64,000 bases of DNA from Candidatus Kaiserbacteria bacterium (GCA_031430855.1 JANPCG010000006.1:2531-66530); one strand, 5' to 3'; shown: positions 8,126 through 18,344, numbered from the stretch's first letter. Notes: generated by a model not told the origin, from the letters alone. A program made the numbers and translations.

Positions 8126-10972
8126 ATGCATAAAAAATTTGATTCCACCCAGATTGAAAAGAAATGGCAAGAGCGATGGAAAGAAAGTGGAATCTATACC
8201 GTCGGAGAACGAGACGTAACAAAACCTAAAGAGTATGTCCTGGTTGAATGGCCGTACCCGTCAGGAAACCTCCACATTGGACACTGGTATGCCTTTGCCG
8301 TCCCTGATATCTATGCGCGCTTTAAGCGCATGAAGGGAACCCAGGTCTTATTTCCGATGGGTTTTGACGCCTTTGGACTCCCGGCAGAAAATGCGGCTAT
8401 TAAGCGCAATTTAGATCCTAAGGCGTGGACGAACGACAACATCGCCTACATGCGTGAACAACTCATTTCAATGGGCTGCAGTTTTTCCTGGGACAAAACC
8501 GCCAATTCGACTGATGCTGACTATTACAAATGGACCCAGTGGATGTTCACGCAGTTTTTTGAGCGGGGAATTGCGTATCGTGGTAAGGGAGTGGTTAATT
8601 GGTGTCCGGGATGTAACACAGTGATTGCAAACGAACAGGTACTAACTGACGGAACCTGTGAACGCTCAGGTGATGTGGTAGAGAAGCGAGAAATGCCGCA
8701 ATGGATGCTCAAGATTACAGAGTATGCTGACCGTCTGACTGATGACCTCAATGCGCTTGATTGGCCAGAACATATTAAAGAAGCCCAGCGGCAGTGGATC
8801 GGCCGCAGTCGCGGGGCGAAGATTGATTTTAAGCTTTCAACTGGTGACACTGTTACCGTATTTACTACTCGACCTGACACGTTATTCGGAGCAACATATG
8901 TTGTCCTTGCACCTGAACACCCACTTCTACAAAATGACAAGGTACGAGGCGAGACCTCGAACTTGACGGAGGTTAATAATTATATTACTACTGCGAAGCA
9001 AAAAGATGAACAAGATCGGCTCGATGCCACAAAAGAAAAGACTGGGGTAAAACTCGAAGGGATTACCGCTATTAATCCCGCGAGCGGGGAAGCGATTCCC
9101 GTCTACGTGGCCGACTATGTACTCGGCGGGTATGGCACCGGAGCCATTATGGCCGTACCAGCGCATGATGAACGAGACTATGCCTTTGCAACGAAGTTTG
9201 GGCTACCAATAAAACAAGTAGTTGTGCCGTGTGCTAATGATTCAAAAAACCCACCGCAGTCTGGGTATGAAGAAGTAAAACGAGATACTGTCATCATACA
9301 TCTACGCGACAAGAGTACCGGTAAATTTGCACTCTTAAATTGGCACGGTACTCTCGAAGGAATCACTACAGCAATTATGGGTGGTATTGAAGAAGGGCAA
9401 ACTCCAGAGGAAGCTGCGCTAGCGGAAATAAAAGAAGAAGCTGCTCTAGATAATGTAAAAATCGTTCATTCACTCAAATGGATTACCGCGGCAAAATATT
9501 GCGCCTCACATAAAAAACAAAATCGCTGTGCCCACACCTATACCTTTTTAGGTGAAGTAGAAAATCTCGAACAGCAGGGCTCTATTCCAGAAGCAGAAAA
9601 TTCTCTACATACGTTAGTCTGGGTAGAAAAGACTCAGGTTCTCGCTAAACTTACACCTGATCATCAAAAGCAGGTTTGGGAATTACTCCAAAAGGATACC
9701 GTTTTGACCGGAGCTGGCTATTTAATGAACTCAGGTGAATTTAATGGAATGGATTCAGACGAAGCGAAGGAAAAAATTGTTGCGCAAGTGGGAGGGGAAA
9801 TGACCTCAACCTATCGAATTCGTGATTGGTCAATTGGACGACAGCGATACTGGGGTGTTCCGATTCCAATTGTATATTCACCAGAAGGAGTAGCTCACAT
9901 TGTTCCTAAGGAACATTTGCCGTGGGTACTCCCCGAAGACGTCGATTTTAAACCGACCGGTGTCGCGCCACTCGCTAAAAGTGAAGCGCTAAGGAAACGA
10001 ACTGAGGAAATCTTTGGTGTTGGATGGACACCGGAAGTCGAAACCATGGATACGTTTGTCGATTCATCATGGTATTTCCTACGGTATCTTGATAACGCGA
10101 ATCCTGACTCTCTCTCATCGCTTGAAGCCCAAAAGAACTGGATGCCAATCGATATCTACTTTGGAGGGGCTGAACACACCACAATGCACTTACTCTACTC
10201 GCGCTTCTGGCAAAAGGCACTCTTTGACCTGGGGCTCGTGACTGAAACAGAACCCTATCGTCGACGAATTAACCGTGGACTCATCCTTGGGCCAGACGGA
10301 AACAAAATGAGCAAGAGCAAAGGCAACGTCATCGATCCTGATGCCCAGGTAGCTTTGGTCGGGTCAGACACGGTCAAAATGTACCTCGCCTTTATGGGAC
10401 CATACGAGGGAAGCAACTACCCGTTTGACCTCGGTGGAATTGCTGGTTTGCGTCGTTTCTTGGAGCGTGCGTACGGGCTACGTGATCATATTATCCCGAA
10501 TGAACCACTCACTGTCACCAAGCAACTCCACAAAACCATTGCCAAAGTAAACACTGATATTGTTGAATTTAAGTTCAATACGGCCATTAGTGCCATGATG
10601 ATATTTGTAAATCTCGCCGAAAAGGAAGGGTTAACCGAAGAAACTTACCGAATGTTTACACGACTTTTAGCACCATTTGCCCCGCATATTACTGAAGAAA
10701 TCTGGACTGAATTGGGGGAGACAACATCAATCCACTTAACGGAGTACCCGACGGCAAACCCGGAACTGGCACGCGATACTGAAGTTGTTATTGGAGTGCA
10801 AATTAACGGTAAATTACGAGGAGATATCACACTTAGCCCAAACGCAAGCGAAGCGGAAGCACTCAATATGGTAAAAGAAAATCCTGTTCTCAGGACCAGG
10901 CTAGAGGGAATCACACCGAATAAAGTCATCTACGTGCCCGGGAAAATCATCAACCTCATCCTTCCGACCTAG
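8126..10972 (+). CDS. leuS: Leucyl-tRNA synthetase with a roughly 160-aa Nudix-like insertion
   Basis: HIGH (NLHIGHWYAF) and KMSKS motifs; colinear with bacterial LeuRS except for extra sequence between ...KFGLPIKQVV and GAGYLMNSGEFNG. Confidence 0.95.
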   Translation: MHKKFDSTQIEKKWQERWKESGIYTVGERDVTKPKEYVLVEWPYPSGNLHIGHWYAFAVPDIYARFKRMKGTQVLFPMGFDAFGLPAENAAIKRNLDPKAWTNDNIAYMREQLISMGCSFSWDKTANSTDADYYKWTQWMFTQFFERGIAYRGKGVVNWCPGCNTVIANEQVLTDGTCERSGDVVEKREMPQWMLKITEYADRLTDDLNALDWPEHIKEAQRQWIGRSRGAKIDFKLSTGDTVTVFTTRPDTLFGATYVVLAPEHPLLQNDKVRGETSNLTEVNNYITTAKQKDEQDRLDATKEKTGVKLEGITAINPASGEAIPVYVADYVLGGYGTGAIMAVPAHDERDYAFATKFGLPIKQVVVPCANDSKNPPQSGYEEVKRDTVIIHLRDKSTGKFALLNWHGTLEGITTAIMGGIEEGQTPEEAALAEIKEEAALDNVKIVHSLKWITAAKYCASHKKQNRCAHTYTFLGEVENLEQQGSIPEAENSLHTLVWVEKTQVLAKLTPDHQKQVWELLQKDTVLTGAGYLMNSGEFNGMDSDEAKEKIVAQVGGEMTSTYRIRDWSIGRQRYWGVPIPIVYSPEGVAHIVPKEHLPWVLPEDVDFKPTGVAPLAKSEALRKRTEEIFGVGWTPEVETMDTFVDSSWYFLRYLDNANPDSLSSLEAQKNWMPIDIYFGGAEHTTMHLLYSRFWQKALFDLGLVTETEPYRRRINRGLILGPDGNKMSKSKGNVIDPDAQVALVGSDTVKMYLAFMGPYEGSNYPFDLGGIAGLRRFLERAYGLRDHIIPNEPLTVTKQLHKTIAKVNTDIVEFKFNTAISAMMIFVNLAEKEGLTEETYRMFTRLLAPFAPHITEEIWTELGETTSIHLTEYPTANPELARDTEVVIGVQINGKLRGDITLSPNASEAEALNMVKENPVLRTRLEGITPNKVIYVPGKIINLILPT

Positions 10973-10987
10973 GTTTGTGGCGATGTG

Positions 10988-11016
10988 TTGACGTAAATCA
11001 ATTGGCATGATATAAA
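10988..11016 (+). promoter_or_regulatory. sigma-70-like promoter TTGACG-17-TATAAA
   Basis: Seen directly upstream of 11082. Confidence 0.4.
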
Positions 11017-11081
11017 TGCATTACAAAAAAGCAGAGGGAAATAAACGAAGCAATTAATTTTTAGAAACTACCACTTTAAGT

Positions 11082-12107
11082 ATGATTACGTTTAAACCAA
11101 AACAAGTAACCAAAAAACTTCTCTCTCAACTGCCAGAACGCGCACGTGATGTTCTCATCAAGCGCTACGGTCTTGGAGCTGATAATGAAACCTTCACCCT
11201 TGAAGCCATTGGACAATCATACGGGATCACTCGTGAGCGAGTTCGTCAGATCGAAAACTACGGTATTGCTTCAGTCCAGAAGTCACCTGTCTATGCGGAA
11301 CACGCAGAGTTATTTCTCGAGCTCCAGACTTTAATTCAACAAATGGGAGGTGGCGTCGTTGCTGAACACGTGCTTTTAGATAGTTTGGCGCCTGATGAAG
11401 CCACTCGAAATCATCTCTATTTCCTCCTCGTGGTAGGGGACGCTTTCTACAAAGGCAAGGAAAACCCACTCTATACCCACCGTTGGTTTACGGAAAAGAA
11501 AATTGCTGAAACAGTTGAAAAAGCTTTACGGAACGTTTACGGTACCCTCAATCGCGATGATTTGGTCAGTGAAGCTGAAATCCTCAATCGTTTCCGCACT
11601 GAATTGATTGAAGTGGCTGAAAAGCATGATGACGAGACTTTGAAGCGATGGCTCATGATCTCAAAGCAAATTGCCCAAAACCCACTCGGTGACTGGGGAC
11701 CAAGCGATAGTCCAAACGTGCGCGTGAAGGGAATTCGTGATTACGCATATCTCGCAGTAAAGCGCCATGGTTCACCAATGCACTTCAAAGAAGTATCCGA
11801 ATCAATCAAGGAGCTATTCAAGCATAAGGCACACGTCGCAACTACCCACAACGAACTTATCAAAGATGCCCGTTTTGTCCTCGTTGGTCGAGGTCTCTAC
11901 GCACTCACAGAGTGGGGCTACACGGCAGGTGTTGTCAAAGACGTCCTCCGCGAAATCCTCCAGAACGAAGGCCCCCTCTCACGCGAAGAATTGATTGATA
12001 AGGTACGTAAGGAACGATACGTAAAAGACAACACCATTGTGGTCAATCTCCAAGATACCAATCTCTTCAAGCGGCTCAGTAACGGTACTTACACCATCGC
12101 TGAATAA
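11082..12107 (+). CDS. Sigma-70 region-4-like HTH domain protein (non-canonical)
   Basis: N-terminal RDVLIKRYGL...TLEAIGQSYGITRERVRQIE is a textbook sigma region 4.2 HTH; the rest is unrelated to sigma regions 1-3. Confidence 0.7.
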   Translation: MITFKPKQVTKKLLSQLPERARDVLIKRYGLGADNETFTLEAIGQSYGITRERVRQIENYGIASVQKSPVYAEHAELFLELQTLIQQMGGGVVAEHVLLDSLAPDEATRNHLYFLLVVGDAFYKGKENPLYTHRWFTEKKIAETVEKALRNVYGTLNRDDLVSEAEILNRFRTELIEVAEKHDDETLKRWLMISKQIAQNPLGDWGPSDSPNVRVKGIRDYAYLAVKRHGSPMHFKEVSESIKELFKHKAHVATTHNELIKDARFVLVGRGLYALTEWGYTAGVVKDVLREILQNEGPLSREELIDKVRKERYVKDNTIVVNLQDTNLFKRLSNGTYTIAE

Positions 12108-12180
12108 GCTACCTGATTTCACCTTTTTGACCACAGTTTAACGTGCGAGAGTAGGCGGAGGTAAGGTACAATACTCACAC

Positions 12181-13515
12181 ATGGACGATATACTTAAAAT
12201 CCTCGGCGGCGCAATTATGGGTCCACTACTCGTACTGGTGGCCCTCTTTGTATTTAAATTTACCTTTGACTTAGTCGGGGTCAGCCCGGAACCGATTTTT
12301 GCTTTTATTATTGCACTGTCACCGGTTTGGGTACCGTTTTTATTGTTTTACCTCTTTTATGAAAAGTGGGTGGAATACACGCGTCTTAAATTTTCCATTA
12401 GCCAAGGCCGCTCAACACTTCGCATTAAACTACCACAAGAAGTACTCAAGTCTCCCGAAGCAATGGAGAGTGTGATGGCACAGATTCATAACACCAACGG
12501 AGCGGATAACTTAATGCAGATATACATCGATGGTAAACATCCGCTCACGTACAGTTTTGAGCTCGTCTCCTTTGGGGGTGATGTGCGCTTTTATGTAAAT
12601 GTTCCGACCAAAAAAATTAAGAATCAAATCGAGGCACAATTGTATGCCCAATACCCGGGTATCGAAGTAGTTGAAGAAATGATTGACTACACCTCAGAAG
12701 TAGTTTGGGACCCCGAACAGTGGGAGATGATGTCTTTTCATATGGGTAAAAAAGACGATCAAGTATACCCGATTAAGACCTACATTGATTTTGGGATGGA
12801 TAAACTGCCAAAAGAAGAGCTTAAATTTGAACCAATGGCTGCTATGCTCGAGCAATTGAGTACCTACAAGCCGCATGAACGAGTATGGGTACAAATTTTG
12901 TGTAAACCACACGCCAAACAAAATTTTAAAACGGGAAGTCTCCATAAACACGACACTTGGGAAGGGGAGGTATTTGAGGCAATTGATAAACTGATGGGAC
13001 GAGGACACTTCAAAAAGAATACCCTTAATCCAGAAGAACGAGAAGATCAGCCACGATTAACTACCGGAGAACGAGATAAGATTGTTGCAATGGAGCGAAA
13101 TGTCGGAAAATATGCCTACGAAACTGCTATCCGTTGGATGTATATTGCAAAAAAAGGGAATTTTGATGGCAATGCGATTGCACCGATGATTCGTACGTTT
13201 GCCCAGTATGACGTCCTAAAACGAAATGCAATCGGAGCGCGCTGGCGAACTGATTTTAACTATAATGTTTTTTCTGACTACTCAGGCAAAAAGAAAATGC
13301 GCCTCAAGAAAAGTGAGTTAGCTGATTACAAACAACGTCGGTATACTGTCCGTGAATCTGTAAGCGGTATTGATGCACCAAAGATATTTACCGTCGAGGA
13401 GTTAGCTACCATGTTTCATATTCCCGGTAGTTCAGTAGTTACGCCAGGCCTCGCACGCATTCCATCGACTCGTAAAGAAGCCCCACCAAATCTTCCAACC
13501 GGTAATCCACAATAA
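12181..13515 (+). CDS. hypothetical membrane-anchored protein
   Basis: Two N-terminal TM helices and a large soluble domain; no known motif. Confidence 0.6.
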   Translation: MDDILKILGGAIMGPLLVLVALFVFKFTFDLVGVSPEPIFAFIIALSPVWVPFLLFYLFYEKWVEYTRLKFSISQGRSTLRIKLPQEVLKSPEAMESVMAQIHNTNGADNLMQIYIDGKHPLTYSFELVSFGGDVRFYVNVPTKKIKNQIEAQLYAQYPGIEVVEEMIDYTSEVVWDPEQWEMMSFHMGKKDDQVYPIKTYIDFGMDKLPKEELKFEPMAAMLEQLSTYKPHERVWVQILCKPHAKQNFKTGSLHKHDTWEGEVFEAIDKLMGRGHFKKNTLNPEEREDQPRLTTGERDKIVAMERNVGKYAYETAIRWMYIAKKGNFDGNAIAPMIRTFAQYDVLKRNAIGARWRTDFNYNVFSDYSGKKKMRLKKSELADYKQRRYTVRESVSGIDAPKIFTVEELATMFHIPGSSVVTPGLARIPSTRKEAPPNLPTGNPQ

Positions 13516-13518
13516 TGT

Positions 13519-14538
13519 ATGGCGACTGAATTAGACACAGAGCTCCCCTTGGGAGCATCGGGGGCGCGTGCAAAAAAGAGTATTTATAGGCGACTGGTAA
13601 CAATTTTAATGCTATTTCTTGGATTAACGTTACTCGTAACCTACATTATTCTAACTAAACTCGCTGCTGCGCCTGACAATTTCCCGTTAGGTACTACGGT
13701 TACTGTTCTACCTGGTTCGGGAGTACGAGATATTGCACTCACGATGCGCGAAGCAGGAGTCGTTCAGTCAGAGATGATGTTGTATTTCGCTATTGTGCTG
13801 TACCACGATCCTACCACCCTGAAAGCCGGCACCTACAAGTTTGAAGAAATTATGGATGTCTATAGTATTGCTGAAACCCTCACAAAGGGTGACTTTGATG
13901 CTGATTTAATTTCATTTACGCACCGTGAAGGAGAGTCGGTTGAAGACGTAGCCTTACGCGCCGCTGAGACCCTACTGAATTTTGACGCTGCAGTGTTCAT
14001 GGCTCTGGCCACTTCGTACGAAGGGAAATTATTTCCTGAAACCTACCGCATTCCAACTACCTTCACTGAACAAGAACTGTTCGATAAAATGCGAGCCCTT
14101 TATGAAGAAACACTTACTCCACTGCGAACCAAAATTGCCGAAAGCGGACTCACCGAAGCCGAAGTTATCATCCTCGCGTCAATCATCGAGCGCGAGGCTA
14201 ATTCTCCGGAATCCATGCAGATGGTCGCTGGAATCCTCCGTAACCGTTTGAATGAAGATATGTATCTCCAAGTCGACGCCTCGATTGAATACGCCCTGCA
14301 TAAAACCCTCGCGGAATTAACTCCCGAAGATTTAAAAATTGATTCACCGTACAATACTTATACCAACCCTGGATTGCCGCCCACTCCGATTGGTAACCCT
14401 GGCCTTACCTCAATCATGGCCGTACTTGAGCCAACGTCTTCTGAATACTTTTTCTATATTACTGATGAGGATGGGGATTTCCACTACGCCCGCACGTTTG
14501 ATGAACACAAAGTAAATATTGCTCGCTATTTGCGTTAA
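13519..14538 (+). CDS. mltG: Endolytic murein transglycosylase MltG (YceG family)
   Basis: N-terminal TM; signature NTYTNPGLPPTPIGNPG. Confidence 0.9.
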   Translation: MATELDTELPLGASGARAKKSIYRRLVTILMLFLGLTLLVTYIILTKLAAAPDNFPLGTTVTVLPGSGVRDIALTMREAGVVQSEMMLYFAIVLYHDPTTLKAGTYKFEEIMDVYSIAETLTKGDFDADLISFTHREGESVEDVALRAAETLLNFDAAVFMALATSYEGKLFPETYRIPTTFTEQELFDKMRALYEETLTPLRTKIAESGLTEAEVIILASIIEREANSPESMQMVAGILRNRLNEDMYLQVDASIEYALHKTLAELTPEDLKIDSPYNTYTNPGLPPTPIGNPGLTSIMAVLEPTSSEYFFYITDEDGDFHYARTFDEHKVNIARYLR

Positions 14539-14571
14539 TAAAGCACGACGTGGTAGCGTACCAAGACGCGT

Positions 14572-15621
14572 ATGAATCAACCAAAAAAAGTATTTGTTGG
14601 GCTCTCTGGTGGCGTTGATTCTTCAGTCGCTGCCAAACGACTTTTAGCGTCTGGCTATAACGTTACGGGGGTGTTTATAAAGGTCTGGCACCCAGATTTT
14701 TTGGTATGTAACTGGGAAGCCGAACGACTTGATGCCATGCGTGTCGCCGCTCGCTTAAGGATTCCATTTTTGACGTGTGACGCTGAGGCGACCTACCGTG
14801 ACGCGGTGGCTGCATATTTCATTGAAAGTTATCGGGCAGGCAAGACACCCAACCCAGATGTGATGTGCAACAAGGAGGTCAAATTTGGCGCTTTTATGAA
14901 GTTCGCAGAAGCGCACGGCGCGGATTACATTGCAACGGGACACTACGCTCAGCATATTAGTGACACCCTCGTTCGCGGTATTGATACGAACAAAGACCAG
15001 AGTTATTTTTTGTGGACACTCACCCCTGAACAATTAGCGTATACACTCCTGCCGGTTGGTAACAGTACTAAAGACGTCATTCGTGCGGAAGCGAAAGCGG
15101 CAGGGTTACTGACAGCGGAAAAGAAAGATAGTCAGGGCATTTGTTTCTTGGGTCACGTTGATATTCCTGACTTTTTATCGCACTACATCACCCTTACTCC
15201 AGGGAACGTTCTAAATGAAGCGGGCGAGGTAGTAGGAACACACCGTGGAGCATTTGTGTACACTATTGGTCAACGACAGGGATTCACGCTCGAGACGAAA
15301 GACAGCAACCGTACCCCGCATTACGTGATATATAAAGACATAACAGCCAACACTATTACCGTATCAGCAACCCAACCTACCCAAGCAGTATCAAGTTCCA
15401 TCCTCCTCGGCACAATAACGCTTCGTCGTAACATCACGGTGGGCAATACCTTTTCAGCCCAGAGTCGATATCGGCAAACGCCGTTTACAGTTACCGTCAT
15501 CGCTATTTCTGACGAAACAATTACGCTCGAAATTAATGACACCACGGAAGCTGTAGCCGCTGGACAATCCTGTGTATTATATGACCATGATGTGTGTGTC
15601 GGTGGTGGTATGATTCTGTAG
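14572..15621 (+). CDS. mnmA: tRNA-specific 2-thiouridylase MnmA
   Basis: PP-loop SGGVDSSV; catalytic Cys region; colinear with MnmA. Confidence 0.95.
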   Translation: MNQPKKVFVGLSGGVDSSVAAKRLLASGYNVTGVFIKVWHPDFLVCNWEAERLDAMRVAARLRIPFLTCDAEATYRDAVAAYFIESYRAGKTPNPDVMCNKEVKFGAFMKFAEAHGADYIATGHYAQHISDTLVRGIDTNKDQSYFLWTLTPEQLAYTLLPVGNSTKDVIRAEAKAAGLLTAEKKDSQGICFLGHVDIPDFLSHYITLTPGNVLNEAGEVVGTHRGAFVYTIGQRQGFTLETKDSNRTPHYVIYKDITANTITVSATQPTQAVSSSILLGTITLRRNITVGNTFSAQSRYRQTPFTVTVIAISDETITLEINDTTEAVAAGQSCVLYDHDVCVGGGMIL

Positions 15622-16463
15622 TGTCATATAAGGTAACGAAGGCAGACGGAAGTACCGAGTACTTTAACGTTGAAAAACTACGGCGCTCCCTAAGGCGAGC
15701 AGGCGCCACTCCGGATGAGATCCGCGAGGTAATTATTGTGATTGAACAAAATCTTTATGACGGGATTAAAACGCAAGAAATTTACCGTCACGCCTTTGAA
15801 CTAATCCGTAGAGCAGAGCAGCCTGCCGCTGCCCGCTATTCCCTCAGACGAGCCCTGTTTGGACTCGGACCAACTGGGTTTCCCTTTGAAAAATTTTTAG
15901 GGAAATTATTTGAGGCCGATGGCTACAATACCCGCACGGGGATAATCATTCGTGGCAAATGCGCTCCTCATGAAATAGATATCGCAGCGTACAAGAGTGA
16001 TCATAGTTTTGTGGGAGAGGCTAAATTCCATGCCCGGCCCGGCATCAAAACTGATTTGCAAGTTGCCATGTATTCATACGCGCGGCTCTTAGACTTACGT
16101 GAAGCCCGGATTTGTACCGATGATATTTGTGGCATCACCGAATTTTGGCTCATTACCAATACCAAATTTACCTCAACCGCCGAAGAATACGGTGCGTGCG
16201 TTGGTATCAATATGCTGAGCTGGGACTATCCCCGCAAAGACAATCTCCATGACCGGATTCAACGAGCGGGCATCTACCCCATTACCGTCCTTCATACCTT
16301 AACGAGTAGCCAGATTGCTACCCTCATTTCTTTTGACGTTATCCTCGTCCGTGATTTAGTTGATAAACCACACGTATTGCGACGGCTACATCTGAGCGTA
16401 AGCAAGCATGAAGCGGTCATGGCCGAAGCCTCTGGTATCACGTCGAGTCACATAAGCCGCTGA
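15594..16463 (+). CDS. ATP-cone domain fused to a Mrr-like PD-(D/E)xK restriction-endonuclease domain
   Basis: N-terminal VTKADGSTEYFNVEKLRRSLRRAG (ATP-cone); C-terminal ...ADGY...HEIDIAAYK...VGEAKFH (D...ExK). Start may be GTG 15621, overlapping the mnmA stop. Confidence 0.75.
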   Translation: MCRWWYDSVVSYKVTKADGSTEYFNVEKLRRSLRRAGATPDEIREVIIVIEQNLYDGIKTQEIYRHAFELIRRAEQPAAARYSLRRALFGLGPTGFPFEKFLGKLFEADGYNTRTGIIIRGKCAPHEIDIAAYKSDHSFVGEAKFHARPGIKTDLQVAMYSYARLLDLREARICTDDICGITEFWLITNTKFTSTAEEYGACVGINMLSWDYPRKDNLHDRIQRAGIYPITVLHTLTSSQIATLISFDVILVRDLVDKPHVLRRLHLSVSKHEAVMAEASGITSSHISR

Positions 16464-16551
16464 AAGCCAGCCATTGTCAATATTGCTGCCTCAAATGCGG
16501 TGGTATACTGGACGGTATTAATCTTTATTTCAGCAATTCATAACAAGTTAT

Positions 16552-17082
16552 ATGGCAGAACAAAAAGAAGAAAACCAAAAGACGATTGTTTCATTCGTTG
16601 TAGGACTCTTAATCGGTGGACTATTAGTTTGGGCATTTAGTGGTGACGCCGACAACAAGCCAGTTGATACCAAGAAGGATAACGACAAAGAAATGGCGAC
16701 CGATAAAGAAAAGGAAACAGGTGAGACTGAAGAAGCAATGGAAGAAGAGGTGGCTCCAGTTCTCCCTGTCGGTGATGGCGCAGCGAGTGTTGATAGTACA
16801 GCCGCCGGGATGACGGTAAGTCTCAAAGATGTAACGTTTCCATCAGCCGAAGGTTGGGTAGGTATCCGTGATTACAATGACGGTAAACTTGGTTTACTTA
16901 AAGGCGTAGCCCGTTTCAGTAGTGAACAAGGACTCAATCCAACTGAAGTAACCCTCCAAAGTCCAACTATCAGTGGAAAAGAATACGCAGTGGTCTTCTA
17001 CTCAGAAAGTGGTGACCGTAAGTTCAATTTGGCTGAGGATGTGCAAATCGCCAAGGAGTTTGCTACCTTCACTGCAAAATAG
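16552..17082 (+). CDS. hypothetical membrane-anchored acidic protein
   Basis: Single N-terminal TM, Lys/Asp/Glu-rich linker, C-terminal domain. Confidence 0.5.
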   Translation: MAEQKEENQKTIVSFVVGLLIGGLLVWAFSGDADNKPVDTKKDNDKEMATDKEKETGETEEAMEEEVAPVLPVGDGAASVDSTAAGMTVSLKDVTFPSAEGWVGIRDYNDGKLGLLKGVARFSSEQGLNPTEVTLQSPTISGKEYAVVFYSESGDRKFNLAEDVQIAKEFATFTAK

Positions 17083-17231
17083 GTAATTTATTAGTAAAAC
17101 ACTTTACTGCTTTGTCGCTACGACTTTCTCAGCACTCGCTGTACATCCAGTACGTCTTGCACTGAGAAAATCTATGCTCCTCGCATTAAAGCGTTTTCCA
17201 AAATAAACAATCTTTGCAATCAGTGATTTTT

Positions 17232-17258
17232 AAGAAAAGCCTCCTTCGGGGGCTTTTC
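17232..17258 (+). terminator. intrinsic terminator aaagcctccttcgggggcttttc
   Basis: Hairpin plus T-run after 16552-17082. Confidence 0.6.
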
Positions 17259-17260
17259 TG

Positions 17261-18082
17261 TTGTCTAAAGCGGCGCATGATATACTACCCATACCTATGG
17301 CTGAATACACTAAACGATATAACCCAAACCGAATGGCAGACTGGAACTATGGCGGAGCCAAATGGCGTTTGTCGCGCTCAAAAATAGACTTTTTTATCGA
17401 GTGTCCACGGTGTTTCTATATCGACAATAAACTCGGGACCAAACGACCGGGCATGCCGAGCTTTAATCTCAATATCACGGTTGATGAATTATTTAAAAAA
17501 GAATTTGATGTTCACCGCACTGCCGGTACGCCTCATCCCATTATGACCGAGTACAACATCGACGCGGTACCCTTCAAGCATAAAGACATGGATGTCTGGC
17601 GAGACCCCTTTGTTGGTCTCGAATACAAAGACCCAGTAACCGGTCTCACGGTTTCCGGGGGAGTAGATGATATCTGGCAACATAGCGATGGAACGCTTAT
17701 TGTCGTTGATTATAAAGCGACCAGCAAAGACGGAAAAATCACGAGCCTCTCTGATTCTGCCTGGGAAGCCCAGTACGAACGTCAAATCGGTGTCTACCAA
17801 TGGCTCTTAACCAAGATGGGATTTCCGATCCATCCGATGGGTTACTTCGTGTACGCAAATGCCTTAAAGACCCCGGACGGTTTCCATAACACACTCCAAT
17901 TTGAAACCACCTTGATCCCGTGCACTGGTGACACCTCATGGATAGAGGGAACCTTAGCCAACATTAAAGCTTGTCTCGAGAGTGATAATTATCCCGAAAC
18001 TGGTTCCGCCTGTGAGTACTGCCCGTATCGTGCAGCTACCGGTCAGAAACTTTTAGCCATCCATGCCAAACACAAAAAATAG
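17261..18082 (+). CDS. PD-(D/E)xK nuclease, Cas4/RecB-like with Cys cluster
   Basis: VVDYKATSK (RecB motif III); N-terminal CPRC and C-terminal C...C-x-YC cysteines consistent with a Cas4-type Fe-S cluster. Confidence 0.7.
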   Translation: MSKAAHDILPIPMAEYTKRYNPNRMADWNYGGAKWRLSRSKIDFFIECPRCFYIDNKLGTKRPGMPSFNLNITVDELFKKEFDVHRTAGTPHPIMTEYNIDAVPFKHKDMDVWRDPFVGLEYKDPVTGLTVSGGVDDIWQHSDGTLIVVDYKATSKDGKITSLSDSAWEAQYERQIGVYQWLLTKMGFPIHPMGYFVYANALKTPDGFHNTLQFETTLIPCTGDTSWIEGTLANIKACLESDNYPETGSACEYCPYRAATGQKLLAIHAKHKK

Positions 18083-18344
18083 CCTACCGGAGACATTTAC
18101 AGACTCCGTCAAACGGATAGTCAGGGAAATCCCCAAAGGGGAAGTCCGGACCTATAAAGACATTGCGGGAGCGGCTAAAAATCCCCGGGCAGCGCGTGCC
18201 GTTGCGAACATCATGGCAGCAAACTATGACCCGACCGTACCGTGTCACCGTGTCATTCGAACTGACGGCACCCTGGGTGGATACAATCGTGGAGGAACTG
18301 CCGCAAAACGTGCTATATTAGCGAGTGAGGGAGTTGTTATATAA
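18063..18344 (+). CDS. ogt: Methylated-DNA-protein-cysteine methyltransferase (MGMT) DNA-binding domain protein
   Basis: Active-site PCHRV motif. Confidence 0.8.
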   Translation: MPNTKNSLPETFTDSVKRIVREIPKGEVRTYKDIAGAAKNPRAARAVANIMAANYDPTVPCHRVIRTDGTLGGYNRGGTAAKRAILASEGVVI

